Assembly (NCBI GenBank): GCA_963793425.1
Contig: CAWCAG010000009.1
Coordinates: 1,056,001-1,120,000, forward strand
Direction: 5' to 3'
Length of the DNA: 64,000 nucleotides
Source: an uncultured cyanobacterium
GTDB taxonomy: Bacteria; Cyanobacteriota; Cyanobacteriia; Cyanobacteriales; CAWCAG01
Positions 48,996-59,386 of this stretch are shown here, piece by piece (the first letter of the stretch is position 1; the number at the start of each line of letters is the position of its first letter). The notes under the pieces are model-generated. The model had not been told where the DNA came from, ran no database searches, and worked only from the letters and a program-made list of their open reading frames with translations. Position numbers and translations under genes: made by a program.

Positions 48996-50304
48996 CCCGT
49001 CTTCCCGTTTTCATAGGCAGTTTGATAATAAATTCTGTTCCTCTATTTACATGAGAAATACATTTAAGTTGTCCTTGATGTTTTTCTTTAATTATGTGGT
49101 AACTACAAGCAATAGCTAAATATTTTTCTGTATCAACTCCTGGGGTATTAAACAAATTATCAAATAAATAATCTGGATCTACTTCAGTTATGCCAAAACC
49201 ATTATCCATAATAGAAATTGTGAGATAATTATTATCAATTACTTCTGTATGAATAGTAATTTTTGGTTCTCTATTTTCTTTTTTTCTCCTTTGTTCATCT
49301 AATACATTGACAGCATTAGTAATAATGACCATAAACACCTGATTAATCTCTCCTAGATAACATTCAATCAAAGGCAAATCACCATATTCTTTAACTACTT
49401 TAATGATAGGTTCCCCTACTTTTGCCTTCAAACGATGCTGTAAAAGGGTCAAACAGCTATCAAGTCCTTCATGAATATCTACTAATTTGAAATCCGTCAT
49501 GCCAAAACTAGAGAAGTTACGCAAAGACTGAACTAACCCATAAATACGTTCCGCCCCTATATCCATTGAGGTAAGTAATTGCAATAGATCAGATTTAAGA
49601 AAATCTAGATCAATAGCTTCTATTTCTTGAGCGATCGCCGCAGTTGTTTCTGGCAATGCTTCTTGATACATCGTTAAAAGTTTGAGTAAACTTTGGGCAT
49701 AACTACGAGCGTGGGATAAGTTACCGTAAATGAAGTTAATGGGGTTGTTTAGTTCATTAGCAATACTCACTACTAACTGCCCCAAACTAGACATTTTTTC
49801 ACTTACAATTAGATGAGATTGAGCTTTTTGTAGTTGTTGTAAAGTCTGAGCTAGTTGCTGTGATTTAGCTTTTTCTTGTGCTTCGGATTCCTGTAATTGT
49901 TCTTGCAAACGTAGACTATTAATTTGAGTTTCTACCCTCGCAACAACTTCTTCGAGTTGAAACGGTTTAGTAATGTAATCTGCTGCACCAAGCTCAAAAG
50001 CTTTGACTTTATCAAAAACATCGCTCAAAGCGCTAACAAAAATAATGGGGATATGGCGAGTTTCTTCCTCTGCTTTGAGTTTTTGACAAACTTCAAAGCC
50101 ATCCATTTGTGGCATATTTATATCCAACAAAATCAAATCTGGCGGTAGCACTTGGATAGACTTTAAGGCTAAAGCACCAGTGATGGCACTGCGTACGTCA
50201 TAATTCTGAGTCTTCAACATCGCAGAAAGAAGACGGAGATTGTTGGGCATATCATCAACGATGAGAATGTTTCCTTTGAAACCTTCTACTCCATTGCTAC
50301 TCAT
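48991..50304 (-). CDS. Receiver-histidine-kinase hybrid with degenerate catalytic motifs
   Basis: Intact receiver (VDD, LLDINMP, KPF); H-box reads ANELNNP; G2 box degenerate. Confidence 0.85.
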   Translation of the reverse strand: MSSNGVEGFKGNILIVDDMPNNLRLLSAMLKTQNYDVRSAITGALALKSIQVLPPDLILLDINMPQMDGFEVCQKLKAEEETRHIPIIFVSALSDVFDKVKAFELGAADYITKPFQLEEVVARVETQINSLRLQEQLQESEAQEKAKSQQLAQTLQQLQKAQSHLIVSEKMSSLGQLVVSIANELNNPINFIYGNLSHARSYAQSLLKLLTMYQEALPETTAAIAQEIEAIDLDFLKSDLLQLLTSMDIGAERIYGLVQSLRNFSSFGMTDFKLVDIHEGLDSCLTLLQHRLKAKVGEPIIKVVKEYGDLPLIECYLGEINQVFMVIITNAVNVLDEQRRKKENREPKITIHTEVIDNNYLTISIMDNGFGITEVDPDYLFDNLFNTPGVDTEKYLAIACSYHIIKEKHQGQLKCISHVNRGTEFIIKLPMKTGRRG

Positions 50305-50493
50305 GAGATAATAGTGTAGTGGTCAGCAAGCTTAATAGAAGCAAGAATTATTGCTCGCACTAAAAAAGCGAAAGAAAAGAGGGAACAAACATTTATAACT
50401 TTAAAATGCCCCCAATTGTGTAACTCTTCAGTGTTATTTAAGAGCCTCAAGATGAGAAACTGAAATTTGAAGGGAACAAAGAGATACAAAAAA

Positions 50494-51081
50494 ATGGTCA
50501 AAACTAAAGGTGTTAGCTATTTTGTAGCTGTCAGCGATCTTGCTAAACCTGTTGCGGAACAGGAAGGATTTTTGGTAGAGGTAGATAATCGTAGCGGAGA
50601 TACAGAGAAAAATCGGGACAGGGCCCTAGAAATTGTTAACCAGATGTGGGAAGAAGGGAATATAGAATCAGATAAATTTCCCGACGGCGTAACCAAAGAA
50701 CATATTTTCTTCGTCCCCCCAGATAGCCCTCAACTACGTTCTCCCCGAACTTTAAATGAAGAACCTGAACTTCTACCTGTAGTTCAAGGAGCGCAAGAAA
50801 TCATCGAATTAACTAAACTTCAAGTAGAAGTTCAAGAAGCGGCAGAAGAAACTGCCCCCTATGCCCCTATTATTGAAGCAATTTTAGACCGAAGCCGCCC
50901 TCTTAGCCCAGAGGAAAAGGATTTAGCGAAAGAAAAGAAGTACGGCAAAGTAATCAACAGAATGGGTTTTGCCATTGCTAGCCAAGAAGAGTACCAAGCA
51001 AATTGTACTGGTAACGGGCGCTTAATTCTCAATGCGATCGCTTGGCAGTTGAATCAAGAAGATGAGGAAGTAGGGAAGTAG
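50494..51081 (+). CDS. Hypothetical protein
   Basis: Long acidic ORF; ATG at 50494; no motif recognised. Confidence 0.7.
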   Translation: MVKTKGVSYFVAVSDLAKPVAEQEGFLVEVDNRSGDTEKNRDRALEIVNQMWEEGNIESDKFPDGVTKEHIFFVPPDSPQLRSPRTLNEEPELLPVVQGAQEIIELTKLQVEVQEAAEETAPYAPIIEAILDRSRPLSPEEKDLAKEKKYGKVINRMGFAIASQEEYQANCTGNGRLILNAIAWQLNQEDEEVGK

Positions 51082-51217
51082 GGAGATAGGGTGATCTCAC
51101 AAGTGTAGGTTTTTTACAATTAGCTACTTTTTTTGCTGGGGAGCTAGGGAGCTAGGGAGCATTTTTTCCTCAATCCTGGTTTATTTTGATACATGAGCTG
51201 GAAAATTTTCTACTGAA

Positions 51218-51340
51218 ACCAAATCCGGTTAAGATAGACCCGGTATAAAATCTACGGATGAATGTCTCAAACCCTTACCTACTGCCTACTGCCTACTCCC
51301 TGCCTCCACAAATAACCTATGCCACCAAACCGGGTCTGGT
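51218..51340. mobile_element. MITE (second family) overlapping the cobD 3' end
   Basis: ACCAAATCCGGTT ... AACCGGGTCTGGT TIRs (11/13); internal CCTACTG heptamers. Confidence 0.65.
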
Positions 51341-52372
51341 ATTACTTATTGCCTCAAGCAGTCTTTGATTATCTTCTTGAGATTTCACTGCTACTCGAAA
51401 ATAGCGATCACCTAATTCAGGAAAGCTGAGACAGTCTCGGATTAATATCTGGTGATTTAGCAGTAATTCTTTTTGGAGTAAACTACTTGACTGTTTCGTT
51501 TCCACTAGAAGGAAGTTAGCCGCCCCTTCAAGGGGGGTTAATCCTGGAATAGAGGCTAGACCTTGGAACAGTTTAGTTTTCGCCTTAGCCAGCCATTGCC
51601 AGGTCTTTTTCTGAAATTCTTGATCTTGGAGTACCGCAACTCCTGCTGCTGCTGCTAGAACATTAACTGGCCAGGGATCGCGCCAATTTTGCCAACGCCT
51701 TAACCTTTCAGGATGGGCAATGGCATAGCCGAGACGCAACCCAGGCAAACTGTAAAACTTAGTCAGCGATCGCAAAATTACTAAGTTAGGATATTCCTCA
51801 ATCATTGATATTAAGCTTTGCTGTTCTAAGGGAGGTAGAAAGTCCATAAAGGCTTCATCTACCACTACTAAGTCAAACTCTTCCAAACAGGGCAGAATCT
51901 CTTCTGAGTGCCACAGCTTGCCCGTAGGATTGTGAGGATTATTTAAAATTAAGCCTCCTCTAACAGAAACTCTTTCTGCTTCCTCCAAAAAAGTTAGAGG
52001 ACATCGACAAACCTTCCCTTCAAAAGTTGCCAATGCCCGCTCATAATCGCGAAAAGCAGGAGTAATTAGATGGGTAACAGCTTGCTGAGAAAGTTCCCAA
52101 CAAGCCCAAGTTAATAATTCAGCAGAGCCATTTCCTGGCAAAATCCACTCAGGGGATAAGTCATGAAATTGAGCTAAAGACGATCGCAGTTGACAGTAAT
52201 GAGGATCGGGATAATTGCTCAAAAAGCTCAAATTCTCATGAATTGCTGCGATCGCACTTTGGGGAGGCCCCAAGGGATTGATACTGGCAGAAAAATCCAG
52301 GATCTGAGCAACCGAGCAACCCGCTAATTGGGCTGCCCAAGTCAAATTACCTCCGTGGACTGGTCTTGTCAA
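51317..52372 (-). CDS. cobD: Threonine-phosphate decarboxylase
   Basis: HGGNL, DFSASINPLG, NNPHNPTG, DEAFMDF, RSLTKFYSLPGLRLGY. Confidence 0.9.
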   Translation of the reverse strand: MTRPVHGGNLTWAAQLAGCSVAQILDFSASINPLGPPQSAIAAIHENLSFLSNYPDPHYCQLRSSLAQFHDLSPEWILPGNGSAELLTWACWELSQQAVTHLITPAFRDYERALATFEGKVCRCPLTFLEEAERVSVRGGLILNNPHNPTGKLWHSEEILPCLEEFDLVVVDEAFMDFLPPLEQQSLISMIEEYPNLVILRSLTKFYSLPGLRLGYAIAHPERLRRWQNWRDPWPVNVLAAAAGVAVLQDQEFQKKTWQWLAKAKTKLFQGLASIPGLTPLEGAANFLLVETKQSSSLLQKELLLNHQILIRDCLSFPELGDRYFRVAVKSQEDNQRLLEAISNTRPGLVA

Positions 52373-52386
52373 GATTTCCGTTGCGC

Positions 52387-52671
52387 CTATTTTTTTGAAG
52401 CGGCAACTTTTTCTTTAAACAACTTACCAGCAGAGAAAGCGGGAACTGTAGTTGCCGGAATTTCCATTTTGTCGCCAGTTTTGGGGTTGCGCCCTTCACG
52501 AGCTTTGCGATCGCGAGGTTCAAAGGAACCAAAGCCTACTAAGGTCACTTTATCATCGTTAGAAACTGCTTCCATGATGGTTTCTAATGCAGCAGTCAAA
52601 ACTGCATCAGCTTGCTTTTTAGTAACGCTTGCTTTTTGAGCAACCTTATCTACTAAATCACCCTTATTCAT
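52387..52671 (-). CDS. hup: DNA-binding protein HU
   Basis: MNKGDLV..VGFGSF..GRNPKTG. Confidence 0.96.
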   Translation of the reverse strand: MNKGDLVDKVAQKASVTKKQADAVLTAALETIMEAVSNDDKVTLVGFGSFEPRDRKAREGRNPKTGDKMEIPATTVPAFSAGKLFKEKVAASKK

Positions 52672-52962
52672 TAAAAATCTCCTTATTTTGGGCTAATTGT
52701 TGGCATTTTAAGCTAAATGTCTTTTTTGCGCTCTCAAACGATGAGATACGCCTATGAAACTAAAGATGTTGAGTATTTAGCCTTATGAGGTGCTGAAATA
52801 CTTATAGCCTGGAAGTTTCACTGCATTATTCTACGCTCTGCTTGCCTGATCTGGATAGCCAAAAGCTTTGAATTTATGTAGATTTAGCCTTTTCTTTGCA
52901 AAAATACATCTTTAGTAGCATTTTCAGTCCTACTAAATTAAAGTTTTCGTTACATCTTTAAG

Positions 52963-54897
52963 CTATTGAGGAATATTGGGAATGGCATTTTCCCCCTGCA
53001 ATCTTTGCCGCACATCACTATTTGGTATATAGCTGTAGTTGAAGTCGTTATAGGGTTGAGAATCATCCATAATGCGAGGTGTAACCAAAACAATCACCTC
53101 AGCCCTTGTATTATCCCTATCTGTACTTCTAAATAGAGAACCAATAATCGGTAAGTCTCCCAAAATTGGTACTTTACTTGTTACAACCCTTTCTTGTTCT
53201 TGGATAATTCCAGTAAGTACCAAGGTTTGACCATCTCGCAAGCGCACCAACCCAGAGGAAAGAGAACGTTCACTTAATAAAGCTATAGTATTACTGATAC
53301 CAGCCGCTTGGATGTTTTGAGTATCTCCTATGGCCGTAATTTCCGGATTAACGGTAAAACTAACAAAACCGTTATCATCAATGCGATCTACCTCAATACC
53401 TAAAATCAGTCCTGCTGGTTCTTTTTCTACGGTAATGGTGGTAGTAATAGCTCCCCCAGCAATAGTTTGCTCTGTTCGGATATTAGTAACTACTTCTTGA
53501 AAAAGCCTCACAGCCGCTTGCTGACCTTCTTGGACAATCAAAGTTGGATCTGTAATAATCTTGGCATTATTACTAACTACAGCAGCCTGAAGCTGAGCTA
53601 AAAATCTTCTTCCCACATCAAATTGGCTCACTCCTGGTATAGTTGCTAGCCCTGTACCTATACCAGTACTGGGGAGATTAGCGCTAGAAGGAGTGGTAGT
53701 ATCAGAGCCACCTAAACTGAGGATACCCACACCAAACTGATTGATAAAAGATGTGTCATTAATACCAAAAGAGAAGCTAGTACCGAAAATATCGTTACTA
53801 GTTAAATTAACATCAATAACCTTGACATTAATAGCCACCTGTCGCCGCCGAGCATCTAGTTGAACTAAAAATGAAGTGGCAATTTCCACTTCATTAATAG
53901 GCCCGATGATGGTAATGCTGTTCAAGCGTGGATCTGTTGCTATAGCTAGGCCTCTGAGGAGAAATGTTGTTTCGCCCTCCTCATCTTGTTCTGCTGTTAA
54001 GGTTGTTAACTCAGCAGGTAGGGGTCTTGTTCCAATTACTTCACCAGTTTCCCTGTTAGTAATATCTGCGTCTGTCTGGGTGAGAATCTGTACGGCTGCT
54101 CCTTGGCTAGCTAAGAAGGTTGCTGCATCTCCAGCATTAACCTGGTTAAGACGGAAAGTGCGAGTAACAATATTGCGGGCGCTATCAGGTAAACTTCCTC
54201 CCACCAAAATAGTTTGATCATTACGAGATGCTTTTAAACCAGAAAGCTGGAGAATATAGTTAAAAGTATCTTGTACCGACTCATTTTGTAGATCCAAAGA
54301 AACAATGGGAGTAACACTGTCTTCGGCTTCATCGGAGTAAACCAGGTTTAAGCCTGCGGTGCGGGCCAAAAGAGAAAGGACTTCCCTTACCGAAGCTTCT
54401 CTCAATACTAAGCGAGGTATTCTTGCCCCTGTCCCTAAATCAATAACTTGAGGAACCGGAACAATTGTCGAAATACTAATGTCTCCTACCGGAGGAGCTA
54501 CTGCCCTAGGTAAAAGAGGTGGGGCAGGGGCCACTGGTTGAATGGGGCCGCTAGGAGAAGCTGGCTGCCCGTCGATGGTAATATCCGGATTGGGAACCAA
54601 TACATCTGGAGTAGATTCAGGGAGGATTGGTATAGGCTCAGGTGGATCTGGGGTTTGGGCTACAGTGGTTGTTTCTGCTGCGGGAGTTTCATCTACAACA
54701 ACTTCTTCATCTACAACAACATCTTCTTCGACTTCTAAAGGTAATGCTGCTAAGTCCTCGTTTTCTGTTGCTAAAACTTCTTGCTCTGAAGATTCTAGCT
54801 CCTTAATTTCGCCATCAACTGCTCTAGCTGGCTGTGCTGCCAGTAGTAACATTGCTACTCCGGCTAAAATTTTGATGGTTTCTGGGTATGTTTTCAC
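52963..54897 (-). CDS. pilQ: Type IV pilus secretin PilQ
   Basis: RAVAPPVGDI, DPRLNSI, secretin KVPILGDLPIIGSLFR..VTPRI; last gene of pilMNOQ. Confidence 0.92.
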   Translation of the reverse strand: MKTYPETIKILAGVAMLLLAAQPARAVDGEIKELESSEQEVLATENEDLAALPLEVEEDVVVDEEVVVDETPAAETTTVAQTPDPPEPIPILPESTPDVLVPNPDITIDGQPASPSGPIQPVAPAPPLLPRAVAPPVGDISISTIVPVPQVIDLGTGARIPRLVLREASVREVLSLLARTAGLNLVYSDEAEDSVTPIVSLDLQNESVQDTFNYILQLSGLKASRNDQTILVGGSLPDSARNIVTRTFRLNQVNAGDAATFLASQGAAVQILTQTDADITNRETGEVIGTRPLPAELTTLTAEQDEEGETTFLLRGLAIATDPRLNSITIIGPINEVEIATSFLVQLDARRRQVAINVKVIDVNLTSNDIFGTSFSFGINDTSFINQFGVGILSLGGSDTTTPSSANLPSTGIGTGLATIPGVSQFDVGRRFLAQLQAAVVSNNAKIITDPTLIVQEGQQAAVRLFQEVVTNIRTEQTIAGGAITTTITVEKEPAGLILGIEVDRIDDNGFVSFTVNPEITAIGDTQNIQAAGISNTIALLSERSLSSGLVRLRDGQTLVLTGIIQEQERVVTSKVPILGDLPIIGSLFRSTDRDNTRAEVIVLVTPRIMDDSQPYNDFNYSYIPNSDVRQRLQGENAIPNIPQ

Positions 54898-54945
54898 GGG
54901 GCTTGACTCCTCTACCTAAAATTAGTGGCATTAGAACAGGTCTTT

Positions 54946-55734
54946 TTACTGTGCTGGTTGAGCTGGTTGAGCTTCTTGGGCTTGCTGTGCTGCTTGAGCT
55001 TCTTGGGCTTGCTGTGCTGCTTCTTCATCGGAGATAGGATAAAGCATATCGAGCCTAAAGGTCGTCTTTAGCTCATTTGTATCTTGGGGAATAAGTTGCC
55101 CTTGTTTAAATTCAAAGGTTTCATTTTCCTTTAGTTCAGAGCGTAAATTGTTAACTACTAAAACCGGTTGAAGTAGCTCAATACTACGCATAATATTCTG
55201 AGTTTGTTGGAAAGTGCCATCTAGTTCCAATGTGATACTTTCCCGCTTCAGCTTACCATCTACTTCTGAGCCCAAAGAGCCATCGTTAATAATGTTGTTA
55301 TTGGCTTCACCTGCTTGTGCTTCTTTTTCCACAGGTTGATAACTAACTAACTGCCCCTGTCGGGAGGTTACAAAACGATTAACGTCCAACAACAAGGTAT
55401 CTAAGCTTTGTTCATCGGAAAATAAGTTTCTTACTGCCACTTCCCTCTCTTGGGCTTCTACTGCTTGAATTTCCAAGTCAGCTATTTGTCTGTCTAATTC
55501 TTCTATATTTTCTAGCTGAGCTTTCTTTTCTTCTACTTCAGTATTAGCGTTTTGATATTCTTCTATTTTTGGTTGCACTAACTTAAGGAACATATAAATA
55601 GCCCCTGCCAGACCTAAAACGGCAATAATAATGCCGATAATCGTAGGGGTTAAAGTTATACCAAAGGCTTGGGGATATTGCGGCTCTTCAAGCTCTTCTC
55701 CTTGCCCCGGAACAAATTCTTCTGCAAATGCCAT
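54946..55734 (-). CDS. pilO: Type IV pilus protein PilO
   Basis: Single TM + coiled coil, LDTLLLDVN, operon position. Confidence 0.85.
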   Translation of the reverse strand: MAFAEEFVPGQGEELEEPQYPQAFGITLTPTIIGIIIAVLGLAGAIYMFLKLVQPKIEEYQNANTEVEEKKAQLENIEELDRQIADLEIQAVEAQEREVAVRNLFSDEQSLDTLLLDVNRFVTSRQGQLVSYQPVEKEAQAGEANNNIINDGSLGSEVDGKLKRESITLELDGTFQQTQNIMRSIELLQPVLVVNNLRSELKENETFEFKQGQLIPQDTNELKTTFRLDMLYPISDEEAAQQAQEAQAAQQAQEAQPAQPAQ

Positions 55735-55741
55735 TATTTAA

Positions 55742-56608
55742 TTACTCCTCAATTACGCCTTGTTCAATTAGGGTTTCAATCCTAGAGGCTAAACCTACTG
55801 CACCTTTACGCTGCAATTCTCCTAATAGTTCTGTGGAAGGAACGTTATTAAGTTGGGTTTGAATAGTGTAAGAGACAACTTCTGGTAATTCTACCGTTAC
55901 CTGTTGTTGCTGATTTTGCCCTTGTTGCTCAAACTCGACACTTCCCGGATAGCTAATTAATTTAGCTTCTTTTAATAGGGTTTCTTCGCGGTCAAAGAAG
56001 TTAGATTGTTGTAGGACTAAAAGGAAATCATTAACTTCATTAAAAGAACGAGCTATACCTGTAATAGTGAGCTGAATGTCAGGAACATTAGCTGTTGTGG
56101 CAGCAGGGGGCTGTCCTTCGGCTGGTGGTTGTCCTTCGGCTGGTGGGGTAGCAGGGGCTGCTGCTGCTGCTTGGGCTGCTGGATCTATTTCAATTTCTGT
56201 TTGTTGAACTGTTTGGACTTGAACTCCTCCAGGAGCGCGATCGCTGATATCTTTAAAGATTGCTGACCAAGGTTTGACAAAGTTAAAAACACTGGCTAAG
56301 GAATTTACCTCAGCATTAGATTCTTGAATTTCTTGATTCAATTCCTGAATTTGGGCTTCTTTTTCCCTGACGACTACCAATTGCTCTTCGAGTTCGGCAC
56401 TTTCTGCCCGTAGTAGACTAGTTTGCCAGTTAAGAAAGAACCAACCTGCTCCTACTAAAGCCGGGAAAAGCAGCCCTACAGCTATTCCTGCATACATGGG
56501 CCGCCTGTCTCCTACTGCCCTGGCCCTACCCCCTGCTGCCGGAGTAGCTATTTCTGAGCCAGTTAATTCTGGCCTATCCTTAAGGAAATTAATATCTAAA
56601 CTATACAT
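55742..56608 (-). CDS. pilN: Type IV pilus protein PilN
   Basis: MYSLDINFLKDR (PilM-binding motif), TM, PWSAIF, ITGIARSF. Confidence 0.9.
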   Translation of the reverse strand: MYSLDINFLKDRPELTGSEIATPAAGGRARAVGDRRPMYAGIAVGLLFPALVGAGWFFLNWQTSLLRAESAELEEQLVVVREKEAQIQELNQEIQESNAEVNSLASVFNFVKPWSAIFKDISDRAPGGVQVQTVQQTEIEIDPAAQAAAAAPATPPAEGQPPAEGQPPAATTANVPDIQLTITGIARSFNEVNDFLLVLQQSNFFDREETLLKEAKLISYPGSVEFEQQGQNQQQQVTVELPEVVSYTIQTQLNNVPSTELLGELQRKGAVGLASRIETLIEQGVIEE

Positions 56609-56616
56609 AATCTTTT

Positions 56617-57717
56617 TTACACCTCTCTTAACCCCAAGCCCAGTACAACTCCTAATCCAGGACGTTGTACCATCGGAATATCTTCGTCTGCTTCTATAGC
56701 TAATTCTGCTAAGGGATCAATTTGGGTGGTGGGTAAACTTAACTTTTGAGTGAAAAACTCGTCAAGTTGCCCAATCCCCCCTCCAGGCCCAGCAAGCAAA
56801 AGTTGAGCAACTTCCAGGTTATCACTAGAGTTTAAATAAAAATCAATAGAACGACGCAACTCATCAGTTAATTCTGTTAATACTCTTAACAAAGCGGCCA
56901 TACCTGGGTTAATTCCTGTAGCACCACTACGAATCCCTTCTACAGGAGTGTTGGGGATGGTCATATCCTGAAGCAGTTCAGTATTGCGCTGAATTGGTAA
57001 ATTCATCGCCCGTGAGAGAGCGCTTTGCATTTGGTAAGTACCAATAGGAACAGTACGGGAAAATTGCGGGACGCCATCGACAATAATGGCAATTTCTGTA
57101 CTATCAAATTCTATATCTACTAGTACTGCTGCTTCTCTCGGTCCAAACTGTCGTAATTGTTCTCTAATAGTTCTAATTAAAGAAAAGCTATTAATTTCGA
57201 TCACATTTAGTTTAAGACCCGCTTGCTCAAAAGTATCTAGATACATATCGGTTACTTCCCTACGGGTAGCAACTAATAGTACTTGTACTTTTTCAATGCC
57301 GTCTTCGTCGTCTATTAAACCTAGTTTTTGGTAATCTAGGTCTACTTCCTCACGAGGATAAGGCAAATACAAGGCTGCTTCTTGGTTGAGAACAACATCT
57401 TCTAATTCCGCATCATCCAATTCTGCGGGAATCGGAATAATACGGATAATTGCTTCCCGCATTGGTAGAGCGGTAGCAACTTGAGTTACTTTAATTTTGC
57501 TTTCTCTAAGGGCATCTTGAATTAATTCGGCAAGGGCCGGAGAATCAACGATTTGTCCCTCCTCAAATATGCCTTCGGGGACTTCTACAGAAGAAAGGCT
57601 AATGAGCTTATACTTCTGTCCTTGCTTACGGACTTGAGCAATATTAATCCTTTCCGGCGCGATTTCAATGCCGATCCCCTTTGCTTGTTTAGAAAAAAGA
57701 CCTTTTAAACCAAACAT
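56617..57717 (-). CDS. pilM: Type IV pilus assembly protein PilM
   Basis: GIEIAPERI, LPYPREEVDLDY, ELRRSIDFY, GLGLR. Confidence 0.95.
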   Translation of the reverse strand: MFGLKGLFSKQAKGIGIEIAPERINIAQVRKQGQKYKLISLSSVEVPEGIFEEGQIVDSPALAELIQDALRESKIKVTQVATALPMREAIIRIIPIPAELDDAELEDVVLNQEAALYLPYPREEVDLDYQKLGLIDDEDGIEKVQVLLVATRREVTDMYLDTFEQAGLKLNVIEINSFSLIRTIREQLRQFGPREAAVLVDIEFDSTEIAIIVDGVPQFSRTVPIGTYQMQSALSRAMNLPIQRNTELLQDMTIPNTPVEGIRSGATGINPGMAALLRVLTELTDELRRSIDFYLNSSDNLEVAQLLLAGPGGGIGQLDEFFTQKLSLPTTQIDPLAELAIEADEDIPMVQRPGLGVVLGLGLREV

Positions 57718-57886
57718 AAGTTTTCGTTCCCTGGGGGAAATTTTTTAATTTAATATAGGGGTTAAGGCGGGAAGATAGCTAATTTCCCATCATGATGGTA
57801 CTCAATCTAGCTTAGAATTAACCATCTTGGTCATTTTTTCACCGAAATTCACTCTTGAGTTTGATCTGAAAACTAGATTATCAATC

Positions 57887-59281
57887 ATGGAATCATCCGA
57901 GTCTCCAAACTTTTCGCCAGAACAATCTTCTACTATTCCTGAAATATCTGAAGCAGAAGTTTCTGATTTTCCTCAAGATTCTACAGAAGACTCTTCTTTT
58001 CCTAACAAAATTAAGCGATGGTGGCCTTTCTTATTAGGCTTTTTGTTGCTTTTAGGGGGAGGATTTATGGCTTGGCGTTTTTTATTAAACAATAATGCCC
58101 CTCCTAGCGCAGAAGCTGGTCAACCTCAAGTTAATCCGGTGAAACTAGCTCCAGTGGAAACCAAAACCATTGAAGAAAGTTCTGAATTTAACGGTATTCT
58201 TGAAGCCCAAAAAGGTGTAGTGCTTAGGGCAGAATCTCCTGGTCGCGTTACACAAATCTATGCTTCATCAGGGGATAGAGTTACCGCCGGGACTCCTATT
58301 CTACAATTAAAGCCCGACCGCTCAAGAGCCGAATTGAGTAGCGCGATCGCTAATATAAACGCTAATCGTGCAGCCCGAAATAATGCTCAAGCACAAATTG
58401 CTGCGGTGGAGGCCCAAAGAGCTAGCGCTCAAGCTGAGTTAGAGTTGCAAAATAAAGAGTTAGAGCGTACTTCTTCCCTTGTTTCTGAGGGGGCTTTAGC
58501 ACGGCAAGAATTAGATAGAGTCACTACAAATCGTGCCTCTGCTATTGCGGCACGTAATGCGGCAGATGAACAAATTAAAGCAGCTAAAGCTAATTTAGAC
58601 CAAGCTGATGCTGATATTACCCAAGCCGAGGCTGATGCGGCTGTTGCCCGTGAAGATTTACAAGATACTACTGTGGTGGCTCCCATTACTGGAGTGGTAG
58701 GAGATATACCAACTAAACTCGGAGATTATGCTAGCGCCGGCGATGCTCTAACTACGATTACCCAAAATGAAAGTTTAGAGTTAGAAATTGCTGTACCTAT
58801 TGAACAAGAAAATCAACTAAAAGTAGGGCTTCCTGTTGAATTAACAACTTCTTCAGAAGATGATTTCCCGATTAGGGGTCGCATTAGCTTTATTTCTCCC
58901 CAGGCTAGTAGTAATACCCAAGGTGTTTTAGCCAAAGCACGCTTCGATAATGTAGGGGGGATTTTACGCGATCAACAAAAGGTTCGAGCCAGAATTATCT
59001 GGGAGCAACGCCTAGGAGTAATGATTCCCACTACAGCAGTATCTCCCCTGGCTGGACAAGATTTCGTGTTTGTGGCAGTGGAAGAAAAGAATAAACAAGG
59101 GGAAACACAGTTAATTGCTAAGCAAAAAGCCGTTAAATTAAACAAAAAACAAGTCCAAGAAAACTATTACCCGGTATTAGAGGGCTTGGCTAAAGGGGAA
59201 ACTTTAATTGTTTCAGGACTACAAAATCTTAGGGATGGCGCTCCTATCAAGCCCCAGTCCGCTGAAAATGAGTCTAAGTGA
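57887..59281 (+). CDS. RND efflux periplasmic adaptor (MFP)
   Basis: TM anchor, lipoyl halves, long alpha hairpin, VAPITGVVG, GRISFISP; ATG at 57887. Confidence 0.9.
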   Translation: MESSESPNFSPEQSSTIPEISEAEVSDFPQDSTEDSSFPNKIKRWWPFLLGFLLLLGGGFMAWRFLLNNNAPPSAEAGQPQVNPVKLAPVETKTIEESSEFNGILEAQKGVVLRAESPGRVTQIYASSGDRVTAGTPILQLKPDRSRAELSSAIANINANRAARNNAQAQIAAVEAQRASAQAELELQNKELERTSSLVSEGALARQELDRVTTNRASAIAARNAADEQIKAAKANLDQADADITQAEADAAVAREDLQDTTVVAPITGVVGDIPTKLGDYASAGDALTTITQNESLELEIAVPIEQENQLKVGLPVELTTSSEDDFPIRGRISFISPQASSNTQGVLAKARFDNVGGILRDQQKVRARIIWEQRLGVMIPTTAVSPLAGQDFVFVAVEEKNKQGETQLIAKQKAVKLNKKQVQENYYPVLEGLAKGETLIVSGLQNLRDGAPIKPQSAENESK

Positions 59282-59386
59282 CATACTCAGCAATAAATTT
59301 TCGTGGTAAGGCGGGCAAAATCTGTAATGGTGGTTTAGTAACCGGATTTTGTATCATACCTCGTACAAAAAAATTGAAGTTTGAGT

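Noticed and set aside
54950..55022. 27-bp tandem repeat at the pilO 3' end (and PPAEGQ repeat in pilN)
   Set aside because: Ordinary in-frame low-complexity linker expansions
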